Origin: Mobula hypostoma
Lineage: Eukaryota
Reading direction: 5' to 3'
Assembly (NCBI RefSeq): GCF_963921235.1
Contig: NC_086097.1
Coordinates: 113,090,001 to 113,154,000, forward strand
Length of the DNA: 64,000 nt
Shown: positions 24,301 to 35,410 of the stretch, in pieces
How the letters are laid out: each line of letters opens with the position of its first letter
Position numbering within the stretch: position 1 is the first letter of the stretch
Translations under genes and position numbers: made by a program
The notes under the pieces: model-generated
Databases searched by the model: none
Seen by the model: only the letters and a program-made list of their open reading frames with translations
What the model was told of the DNA's origin: nothing

Positions 24301-27300
24301 TTACCTGTTGCCTTAAAAATTGATCTTACCGTGCAGCTAGGTTTAGGTAAAGTGTTGTGCTACGATGACCATTTCCAGCTCATTCTGCATCACCCTGGGA
24401 ATTCAGTTGGATATTTCCTGAATGATTCAGCCTTGAGACCCCAGCAAGGCAGCATAATTACTCCTGATCTTTTGCACCCCTTCACTGTTATTTCCTGTCA
24501 CACAGAATAGACCATCCAAAGTTCTTCTGGCACCACCTCCTGACCTCCTGAGTTCCAAGTTTTAATCCTCTAAACATCTGCTGATCCAGATCCACTGATT
24601 CTATATTCCCCAGCCTGCAATATTCCAAGATTTTCTGACCTCCAGTTCCACAGTTTCCAAAAGGCTCTAGTTCTTCAATTGTCCCAACTCCCCCATACCC
24701 ATGTGCTCAATGGCTACCCAGCTCCCAGTAATCCTCATAAACATACCTAGATCACCAACCTTGATCTAAGTCTCAATTCTCAGTCTGAGACTGAAGTCTC
24801 CACCTTCAAGCCCGTGGGTTTCAGTCGTAAGCAACACACTTTCAAAAGGCAAAGTGCAAAGTTCTTCTAATGGTGCCCAGATCCATGGATCTTTACTGTT
24901 AAAAGAATTTGCATTAGCTGAGACACACCTGAGCACATTGCTGCCACGCCTACTAGCGTAAATATCTTAGTGCATTTGGATTTCTGGACATTAATATTAA
25001 AGTAAAGGCCAGCCTTTATCAAGAACCATAACCATATACTGGCAGAATTACACATTATAAAGTGTTTATACAGCTCAAAATTGTAATGTTCTGAAGATTA
25101 AAATGAGAAGAAATTCCAGCAGTCCACAGCTCAAAAATGTACATTCCAAGCACTCATATATAGTCATGTGCAATTCCAGTACAATTTAAGGTGGCGCAGT
25201 AGAGTAGCAGATAGAGACATTGTTTCACTTTGCCAGCAATCACCAATTGGAGTTTGTTTCTCACTGCTGTCTGCAAGGAGTTTGAACATTCTTCCTGTGA
25301 CCGCGTGGGTTTCCTCCCACATTCCAAAGATGCACGGTCAGGGTTAGTGAGATGTGGGCGTACTTTGTTTGTGTCTGACTTGCAGCTGCTCCCAGTCTAA
25401 CCCTGGCTGATTGATCTCACGCAAATGATGCATTTCACTGTATGTTTCAATATACATGTGAGAAACAAAGCTGATTTTTCCTTCTTTCTTTCAGTTTATG
25501 AAAAGAACAGATTCTGAAATTTTATTAAAGTGCTGCATCATAGAATCATTACAACGTAAGGACAGGCCATTCAGTTTTTCAGGATCCTGTGCTTCATTCT
25601 TCCCCATAGGCCTCAAAATTGTTTCTCTCAAATCCCATTCTCGAGTTCTGATTGATTGTTATTGCCAGTCCTCTAAGCATGAGTTCCAGAGTTACCCTCT
25701 CTCTCACTGCTGTCTGCAAGGAGTTTGTACAATCTCCCTGTGGGTGTCCTCCCACATCCAAAGATGTACGCTCTCTCCCACTAACTTTACATGAGGGATG
25801 TTTGGAATTTTGTTGATTTTTGGCTATAAATTGTGCACAAATACAAGAATAGATGGTCCACGTTGGAAGCAGTTAAAAAGACAGAGGAAAACAGTGAAAC
25901 AAGTATGTAGGATAATATTCTGTCCACACAACTGTAAAGCTAAGTTGGTGCATCAGTATTTGCACTTCCCATCAGCCCTTCATCTAAAGTTAAATCGATT
26001 CCCATCTTCCCCATATACCTTTGTTTCTTTCTCCCTCCGCAAACCAGCTATACAAATGACCCCTAGCTGTAGACACCAGCCATGGCCAGGGAGTCCATTT
26101 AACTGCGGGAGTCTGTGGGAAACAGAACCAGATCTTGTATTGCTATAAAGATCTCCTAAGATCAAAATAACTTCGGTATCCCTGACTTTGGGGGTCAGTG
26201 AGTTGCTTTCAGTCTCCCCAACATCCCTGTACAAGGCTTTACTGTACTAGCAACCCAGGTTTAGTGCCCGCCTCTGCCTGTAAAGAGTTTGTAAAGTTCT
26301 CCCCATGACCGCTTGAGTTTCCTCCAGGTGCTCCAGTTTCCTCCCATAGTACAAAGACGTTGGTAGGTTAATTGCTCTTTGTAAATTGTTCTGTAATTAG
26401 GTTAAACCAGGTTTGCTGGGTGGTGTGGCTCAAAAGGCTGGAAAAGCCTATTCCATGTTGTAGCTCAATAAGTAAATAAATAAATGTCAGAGTCAACGAC
26501 TGTAAATGGAAAAGCCTGGATATTCTAGTTCATACAGCTGAGAGCTCACTCGTGCAGACGATTCAGATTGGCTCTGATGGTGAGTGGGGAGGTGGAGGGA
26601 AATTAGAGGGCACCAGCTTGCTGGGGAGAATTTGGGATCAGGAGGAAATGATGAATTGTGAGGTCAAGGGGCAATAGAAAGTGTTCCAGTTTGTTTTGGT
26701 GTGTGGGGCCCAATGATGAAGGTCGGTACTTTACTTACTTTTCAGAATTCCCAGTGTATCAATGTGGTGTGAAGGGCATATTGTCTCAGGAGTGCTGTGA
26801 ACAGGATTTGTACAGACTTGGGGGTCAGCATAGACAGTGTGACCGAAGGGCCTCTCTCTGTGCTGTATGACCCTCTGACTGTGACTCTAACACAACGTGC
26901 TTCTGGCTCTTTAGTCCAATAGGAATGTTGCAACACTGCTTCTGCTGTGAAAATTAAATCAGGATCACAATATCGACTGATTACAAGAAGCACTCAGTTC
27001 TATATAATGAGCGATCCATAAACGTTTTCCACTGTGTTTCACTCAGGGAAAAAAAATTGCAATTGCATAACGTTGAGGAAACAACAGAATGCAATTGAAT
27101 CTCCGGGCACTATTTGATCAGAGGGATTTATAAATATATCAGCAAACGCAGAGAGTTAGTGCCTGAAGTCACACCTTGGCTTCTTAAAGTCTATTTTCAG
27201 TTGTAAATGGAGATCAAAGGTGTCATATTTTTAGCTGGCTATGCACTGGAATGTAGCTATCAGCATGCATGCCACCTGCCAGTGCAGTTCAGTGTTCTCC

Positions 27301-27994
27301 CTGTCTTCGAGTTTTCAAGGACAATTGCCTAAGGGTATTAATGGCTTGTGACATCAGCACCATAGGTTTATTTATAATCACCCCACAGTCAACTTCAAGG
27401 AACTCTCTTCATACTGTACCTATGTTATTAAAATTGCAACAAGAATACAAATTCAAATACTTTTATTGTATTTAAAGTGAGCAGATAACTGGGGGAAGTA
27501 GCGTTCTGCAGATGGAACTGTCCAAAGCACGATATGCCTTAGATAATGAACCTCCTACAACTATTTTGCATGCAAATCATATGCTCTTAGCTTAGTCGGT
27601 TACTCCTTAGTTCATCAGCTTTCACCTATGACATTTGTAGTCAGTGTTCTGGAACACAAGTTGACAGCTTTGGCAGAAATCAACCAGTCCCTTAAAACCA
27701 CTACCCAGAGCATTCCTAGGGGGAAGTGGATAAAGTGACAAATTCTGAGGATGTTAAGGATATTTCTGCCTTCCGGCAATGAGTAATTTACACTTCACGT
27801 GATAAAATAAAATCAGATTTCAAAATTAGGAAACATATTATTTCAGGAACAATATACTGTATTAGGAACAAGAGTAACCACATAACCTTCTGAGTTCATT
27901 CCACTCATCTAACAGTCATATGTGACTCCTCCACCCACTCTCACTTTTCTTATGTCTCTTTCATTCTCAAATTTGAACCTAACATCCATTATTA

Positions 27995-29135
27995 GAAATG
28001 AAAAGCCAGCAAAAAGTAGTGGATACAGCTTAGTGCATGACAGGAAAAGCCCTCCCCAGCATTCAGCATGTCTACAACGAGCACTGCCACAAAAGAGCAG
28101 TATCCATTATCAAGGACCATCGCCATCCAGGCCAAGCTCTCTTCTCACTGCTGCCATCGGGAAGGAGGTACAGGAGCTTTGGGCCCCACACCACCAGGTT
28201 CAGAAACAGTTATTACCCTTCAATCGTCGGGTTTGAATCATGATGAAGTGTAGCCTGGGAGGGGCAGATGAGAGTCTGTCCATTTGGGAGCCGGAGCTGG
28301 ATCAACCTTTGTCTGACATCTCATCCATAGCCGTTCCAATATGGGTGGCCCTGAGCTGGCATCACCTGATGGAGACCTTGAAGAACACAGCCTCCACATA
28401 ACGTCAACATGATCCAGGTCATGAAATTTTACAACTTTGAAAACCTCAACTCCTATGATGAAGACACAGAATGGCACTGTACTGGCACACCAACACCACC
28501 GCCCCGCCCCCCCCCCCGCACCGCAGGGATCTGATCAACGACCCCACGTTGCTCCTCCCAGAGTTTACTACAGCTACCAGAAAAAAACTGGACAGCCGCG
28601 AATAGACTCAGAAGTCAACATGTCAAAACACCGCACACACTACAGCAATGAGGCGCCCAACAAACCCCAGCTTGACCCTGGGTTGGCCCAGCCCAGAGCA
28701 TCCTCTCATCCTCTCCCTTGTCCAAACATGCCCTCTCACCAAGACCCAAGGCGGCTTTGCCGCGGTCCATTGAAGCGGCGATGAGCTGGGAGAGTGGCTT
28801 GACAAAAATCAATTAGAAGTGTGACGAGAAAAACAAAACAACAACCATCAGGCTCCAGAACTAGCATGGATACCTCCGCTCACCTGAACACCGGACTGAT
28901 TCCATTACCTTTCGGGGTCTCCACAACTCACCTTTTCAGTATTATTTAGTTGTTAGTTTATTTATAATTATTAGTATATTATTCTAGTTTTTTTTAATTT
29001 GTCAGTCCCTGCTTGTGTACAGTTTTTCACTGATTTGATTGCATTTCTTTCCTCTATGACTGTGAATGCCTACAAGAAAATGAATCTCAGGGTGGTATAT
29101 GGTGACATATACATGATAAATTTACTTTGACTTTG
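27995..29135 (+). mobile_element. Rex1/Babar 3' fragment split by a retrocopy
   Basis: ORF 28037: IIKDHRHPGQALFSLLPSGRRYRSFGPHTTRFRNSYYP. The UTR resumes at ~28842 and ends aaatttactttgactttga. Confidence 0.8.
28232..28841 (+). pseudogene. Probable processed (retroposed) fragment of an unidentified mRNA
   Basis: GC-rich, coding-like insert with an A-rich end (aaaaacaaaacaa) and an imperfect TSD caatcgtcggg / caaccatcagg. Frame fragments include HNVNMIQVMKFYNFENLNSYDEDTEWH. Confidence 0.5.
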
Positions 29136-30960
29136 ATTGCCATTTGCAGAAGAGAGTTCCAAATTTCTTCAACGTTCCCAGACTTAATATTTCCCAAACT
29201 CATTCCTGAGTTTGATGTTTCCATTTTCACTGCTTGCAATGTTGTCTATCTTTATTTGACTGGCAAACTATTAAATTAGTTTCCAATGCATTATTATAAG
29301 TCATTTATAAATAGTGCCCTGACTTCTGAGGGCCAGCATACCAAATGCTTTCATCCCCACCCTGTTGACCTGAATCTTGCGTATCTAACTAAGTAAATCT
29401 ACCAATCTGAGGGTGTGCACATGGGTTGCATCCTATCAGAATAGGCCATTTGGACCTTTCAAGTGTGTTTCTGGAATTGTTACTGATGGTGCCATCATTG
29501 TCACCAGGTGCCATCACTGACCTTGAATAAGTGCTGAGATTAAAATGGTGCCAGAGCTCATACTGCAGCGTTCAGCTACTAAACATATAACACTCTGTGC
29601 AGTCTTTCACAGCGAGAAGCTGAGGTGAGGTCTTTGCCAGCCACAAAACCAGAAGAGTATTTATCACAGTCTTTATGACTATGTTCAATGTTCCATTAAG
29701 AGACTCTTAGACAGGCTCATGGATGTTAGAAAAATCGATGGCTATGTAGGAAGGAAGGGTTAGATTGATCTTACAGTAGGTTAAAAGATCAGCACAATAT
29801 CATGTGCCAAAGGGCCTGTACTGTACTGTGCTGTCGTGTTCTATGTCTGATGTTCTATGTTCATTGACCCTCAGAATTTCAAACAGACAAAAGTAGAGCT
29901 GAATATTTAGAAAGAAAATTTATTAATTCACTAAATTTTTAAAAATCATCAAAAGCATTAATGCACTTTTAAAAGAAACTGTAAACCAGAAGAAAATGAT
30001 TGACAAGTATACCAAACTCACTGATGTCTCCTAATCTGCAGACACAGAATACCCATTGAACTCAATGTGTTTAGAATGAGCACGAAGTCTGACCTGGTGG
30101 AGAAGTGGTGATTTTCTAGAATAATCAGTGATTCTCTGCCTTCTACGTATCCAGTGATGAAATACAGTGATGGATGCCAATCATCATGTGAAATTCCATG
30201 CAGGAATGTCAAGGCCTTGTAATGATGATGGCTGGTAGTATCAGTTCAAAAAGACTTGTCAAAACTCGGTGCGGCCATTCCATGATTCTTACTCTCTGCC
30301 TCAACCTGCTCAGCTAATTCCACAGCCAGGTCAACAGATTGGTGTTAATTCCATTTATTTTTATTTAGTGCATACAGCTTTTTAGAGATTATCTGGATCT
30401 ATTATAAAGATGAAAAATCCAATTGTGATAGCCTGAATCCAATTACACTTCCTGAATTCTACAATATAAAAATAACTGCATAATTATAGACCACTTCCTA
30501 AAATTTAGCTCCACTGAAGTCACCAAATGTAAAAAATCATATGATGATCTCCATATAGACTTCATTTTCTATCCACAATAGTATACTCAGAGTCCTGCTT
30601 ATTACTTCAGATGACAGAAACCATCAAGTGTAAATTTCTCCAACACTTCATCTGCAATACTTTACTTCCATGCATTTTATTTTCATGAATCAGTGATAAA
30701 TTCGGGCTTCCAACTGAGCGAACTTATAAATAAACAACATGAAATAAATGGAAATCTGCACAAAAGTAAACATGAGAACATTCCTACCTGACCAGTTTTA
30801 AATAACCACTCAGAAAAAAATAAGAAGAAAGGAAAAGGCGGATCAATAAAATCATCCCAAAATATCTGGTGTAAAGTTTGTAGGTAAAAGCTCTGAAATT
30901 AGAATGCTCAATAGGATGTTTTGGTCTAATGGAGTTGTAGTGCCCTCATTCACATCTTAA

Positions 30961-31425
30961 AGGCTGATTTACACTTGTGCGTCAAATGTACGCCGTAGCT
31001 ACCGCGTACCCTACGCTGTACCCTACCCCATAGGGTGACATGCACCTCCCCAAAAATGTAATTCACACGTCGTGGCGACGCAGACCACTACAACTGTGAT
31101 TGGTCCACTTGGTAGCATCGCATTTCGGGTTGCTTTTCTCCGCCATGTCTGTACACTGATGCAAAATAAATGGTTGGAGACGATGAACCAAATCGTCAAA
31201 TCTGCCTGCCGACATCCAAAAATATTTGAAATGCATTTCCTTGTCCATGTGTCTCACAAAGAAACTCAACACAGTGGCATAGAAATCCCACCGCCAACTA
31301 TCGTTTCGGCAGTGAATTGCAGAGCGACATAGACACAACTACACATGCTCACTACGGCGTAAGGCTAAGCAAAAGTATAAATCGGACCTACGGTGTAGCC
31401 CATACACACAAGTATAAATCAGCCT
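30961..31425 (-). mobile_element. Non-autonomous PIF/Harbinger DNA transposon
   Basis: TIRs aggctgatttacacttgtg / cacaagtataaatcagcct with TAA/TTA flanks. Minus ORF contains [27 protein letters not shown], like the Harbinger transposase N-terminus. Confidence 0.85.
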
Positions 31426-31633
31426 TTACTGTTATGCTGTAGGTATTTCATTCAGCAGCTCTGTAAGAGCAGTCTGTTCTGCTGTCAGCCTGTTTGGGTT
31501 ATTGTTGAAGATAAGGGATGATGTGGAATGTGTGCCATCCAATCAGCGGGAGGTTTTCTTGTTGAAGGACACTGAGGTTAGACTTTTATGTTCATAGTGT
31601 TTTCAAGTCTATACATTGTAATCAGTGCATTCT

Positions 31634-31979
31634 TTCTTTTTTGGCATGTGCCTGCGTGCGTGCAAGTCTATGCATGTGTGTCTGCGTGTGCGTGCATGCA
31701 CGCCTGTGCATGTGCGTCTGCGTGCGAGCGTTCGTGGTGATGTCTTTTTCATGGCTTTTACAAGGTGTGGAGCGAGAGTGAGAGACGGTGTGGGGCGCCA
31801 CTCCTCACACAGACACTTTCGCAGTATTTTTCTCTTTATTTTACGAGGTCGAGTTGCGATCTTGACACTCAACCCGGCAGGAATGGAAAGCGTACTCGGG
31901 AGCGGACCCGACTGGTTTGGAACCCGAGAACCTCTGCTCTCTGGTCCGGCGCCAATATCGTTGTGCCACCTGCCGGCCC
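31634..31979 (-). mobile_element. Full-length tRNA-headed SINE, distinct from the V-SINEs, with (GCAC)-rich + A tail
   Basis: Minus strand begins gggccggcaggtggcacaacg...gggttccaaacc (A/B-box-like). 15-bp TSD taatcagtgcattct / tagtcagcacattct. Confidence 0.8.
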
Positions 31980-33049
31980 TAGTCAGCACATTCTACGTAC
32001 AAGGCATCATTGCCTCCTATCTGGCTTCCTTAGATAATACAAACCAAATATTTGAGAGTCTTAACCCTTTGGTGACCAGTGGCATTGATGTCCTGAGGAC
32101 TCAAAACAATTCTTCAATTGCCGTGGAATTTTTTACTTCCGTGATCTACTCCAGATAAAGTTGAATTCTCTATTATTACCACTTAAAAATAGACATTTTG
32201 TGATCAAATGTCTAGGCATAAGGATTAACCAAAAGTATTGAAATAAAATAAATTCAATACTTCCGAATCTGCAGATGAAAATCCCTATTCAATTCAGCAT
32301 CTTTGGTCCTATGCCAGAGGCCAGTGCAGTAGGGTAAAATGGGTGGGGTGGATTTTCCTGTGTAACACTGAACAACCTCAATACCACTTCACATGAAGTC
32401 CAGTGTCTGTAGGTTGTAGACAATTGCATCATTCTTTATCAATAGTAGATCTGTCCATTCCAGGAGCTAATAAATCCCAGTAGTTGCTAAGGAACCATCA
32501 GCTACAGTCTGCACTCTAAGGTCCAAAGTCATGTGATTAAGAGGTGAAAGCGAAGAAAAAAATTAAGAGAGTGAGAGAAAGTGAAACTGATGAATTGACA
32601 AAAATTGCTGTTCAATTAAACATTTTATATATGTGACAATGATGATAATTTAGATAAGTGAAAGGTTAAGAAATTGTCCAGAATTAAATGAAAAACATTA
32701 AACTACTTCTGGGCAAAAATATTGCAAATTCATTCCTAAATTCTTATGTTCATCATGTTTATCTAGTCTCAATTGAATAATGACACATTTTTTAAAAATT
32801 ACAATCTATTATTATTGAAATGGCACGGAGTAACAACATAGTAAATCCCCTGGTCTATGTCAAATCTTGCAATCACCAAACTTTTTGTCCTCAGTGTCAT
32901 TTGCCTGTCCAAATGATTTACATAAGTTGTCTCCCCATTTTACTGTTAACTGATTACTGTAGAAATAAAGGTTTTTAACATTTTTTAAATGGGGACTTGC
33001 CATTTCTCCAGAGTTCATCCAGACACAAACTGTTATGCTCAGTCCATAC

Positions 33050-33330
33050 CGAACCATTTAAACTGCCTACTCCCATCGACCTGCACCGAGACCATAGCCC
33101 CCTCCCACATCCCTACCATCGATGTACCTATCGAAACTTCTCTTAACTGTTGAAATTGAGCTCGCATGCAACACTTGCACTGGCAGTTTATTCCACATTC
33201 TCACAACCCTCTCAGTGAAGAAGTTTCTCCTCATGTTCCCCTTAAACTTCACCATTCACCCTTAACCCATGATCTCTAGTTGTAGTCCAAGCCAACCTCA
33301 GTGGAAATTACCCTATCCATATCCCTCATA
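33050..33330 (-). mobile_element. CR1 3' fragment
   Basis: KFKGNMRRNFFTERVVRMWNKLP. Confidence 0.8.
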
Positions 33331-33344
33331 ATTTTGGCTGGATG

Positions 33345-34597
33345 GGTGGAAATATTGTCAAGATAGATATCGGAATTGGTATTATTTTTAGGAAAAAATC
33401 TGTCTCCTGAGATAGAGAAGAAAAAGATCCAGAAATGAAAGAGAAGTATCAGAGATGGCCCAGGTAAATTTGAGAACAGGGTAGAAGCTGGCAGTGAAGG
33501 CATTGAAATTGGTGGGTTCTGTACAAGTGCAGGAATCAGCATCAAAGTAGTTGTCAGTTTCACAGAGAACGAACTGATGGGAGCTGTGCCCCAGTGGGCT
33601 TTGAACAAGAACTGTTCCACGCAGCCAAGGAAAACACAGGCACAGCTGGGAATCGGGTAGCTGCCCTTGTCTACTCCTGTGGGAGGAATCGTGAGACAAG
33701 TTTCAAGGCAAAGGGACAAATTCTGCCAAGTAGAGGGGAAATACTTGCATCTTTCTTCTCTAAAGAAATAGAAGGCCCCTGAACCTTCCTCATTGGGGAA
33801 TGGAAGTGCAGAAGCTGGACACTCATGTTCACCCCTTCCTTTCTCCAATTGCCCATCACCTCCCTCTGGTGCCCCACTTCCTTCCCTTTCTCCTATGATC
33901 CACCCTCCTCTCCTATCAGATTCCTTTCTCTTCAGCCCTCCACCTATAACCTCCCAGCTTCTTACTTCTTTCCCCACCAAACCCACCCAACCACCTTAAC
34001 TGATTTCATCTATCAATTGCCAGCTTGTGCTCCTTCCCTTCCTCCACCTTCCTACTCCGGCTTCATCCTCCTTCCTCTCCAGTCCTGGTGAAGGGTCTCA
34101 GCCTGAAACATCAACTCTTTTATTCCTCTCCTGGCCTTCTGAGTTCCTCCAGCATTTTGTGTGTGTTGATCTGGATTTCCGGCATGTACAAAAGGATATC
34201 AGCCTAAAATGTCAACTGTTTATTCCTCTCCATAGATACTGACAGACCTGCTGAGTTCCTGCAACATTTTATGTCTGTTACCACGTCTATTGTCATGTGG
34301 GGCCTGAGAATTGGAAGTTGTCAAAGTGGTCTAGTGTATGGAAGATGTCCCCAGTATTAGTGGGCTGGGATGGGACAGTGTTCGGGTGTGAAGAAACAAG
34401 TTCAGTAAGGCAAGAGGAGGCAGAAACACTGGAACTACCAGGGCAATCCCACTGACTTCATGTTAACAAGAGAAAGTCTGCAGATGCTGGAAATCAAAGT
34501 AACACACACAAAATGCTGGAGGAGCTCAGCAGGCCAGCCACCATCTATGGAAAGGAGTAAACAGTCAATATATCGAGTCGAGACCCTTCATCGGGAC
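33345..34597 (-). mobile_element. Penelope-like RT remnant with pLTR pieces in both orientations
   Basis: Minus PSCACVFLGCVEQFLF and FYPVLKFTWAISDTSLSFLDL match PLE RT. A plus-strand pLTR lies at 33830-34280 and a minus-strand pLTR at 34465-34597. Confidence 0.7.
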
Positions 34598-34824
34598 CTG
34601 TGTACATGACTTCATGCTAACAATGTGATGGGTGGGGATAGCAGGAGGAAGCCCAAAATCCTAACTTTTCACAGCAGATCATCTATACTGCACAGCCAGC
34701 TGAGACTTCTGATAAAAATTATTGTATCAACTAATCTGAGCAGGAAAATAGTGAAGAACACCACATGCATGAAAATAGACTCCAGGTTCTACATGATTCA
34801 GAGGCCCTGGTGGAGTGAACCTGT

Positions 34825-35410
34825 ATTCACTTATATATAGAGTGGACATGCAGAGGCTGTTTCCTATAGCGAGTGAGTCTGGGACCAGAGGGCACAGACT
34901 TAAAATAGAACTTCCCTATAGGACAAGGATACGGAGGAATTTCTTTCACCAGAGAGTGGTAAATCTGTGGATTTCATTTCCACATACAGCTATGAAGGCT
35001 AAGTCATTGGGTATATTTAAAGCACAGGTTGATAGGTTCTTGATTAGTAAGGGCATCAAAGATTATTGGGAGAAGGCAGGAGAAGTGGGGTTGAGAATGA
35101 TAATAAATTAGACCATGAGATGTAGGAGCAAAATTAGGCCATTTGGTCCATTGAGTTTGCTCCACCATTTCGTCATGGCTGATCCATTTTCTTCCTCATC
35201 TCCAATCTAAAATGACACCCGTCTATTCTGAGACTGTCTTAGACTCCCCCACCATAGGAAGCATCCTCTCCACATCCACTGTATCAATTCCTTTCAGCAT
35301 TTGATAGGTTGCAATGAAGTCATCCCTCATTCTTCTAATAAATGAGCCATAATAAAATGGCAGAGCAGACTCAACGGGCCGAATGGACCAGTTGTATCCT
35401 ATGTCTTATG
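34825..35410 (+). mobile_element. CR1 3' end containing an oppositely oriented CR1 3' end (35110-35335)
   Basis: RVDMQRLFP...RRNFFHQRVVNLWISFP; the UTR resumes at ~35340. Confidence 0.75.

Noticed and set aside
31625..32158. 177-aa ORF and CpG-rich patch as a gene or promoter
   Set aside because: Coincides with a TSD-bounded SINE and its microsatellite tail.
33276..33986. 236-aa minus-strand ORF as a host gene
   Set aside because: A chance read-through of antisense pLTR, frameshifted Penelope RT remnant and CR1 sequence.
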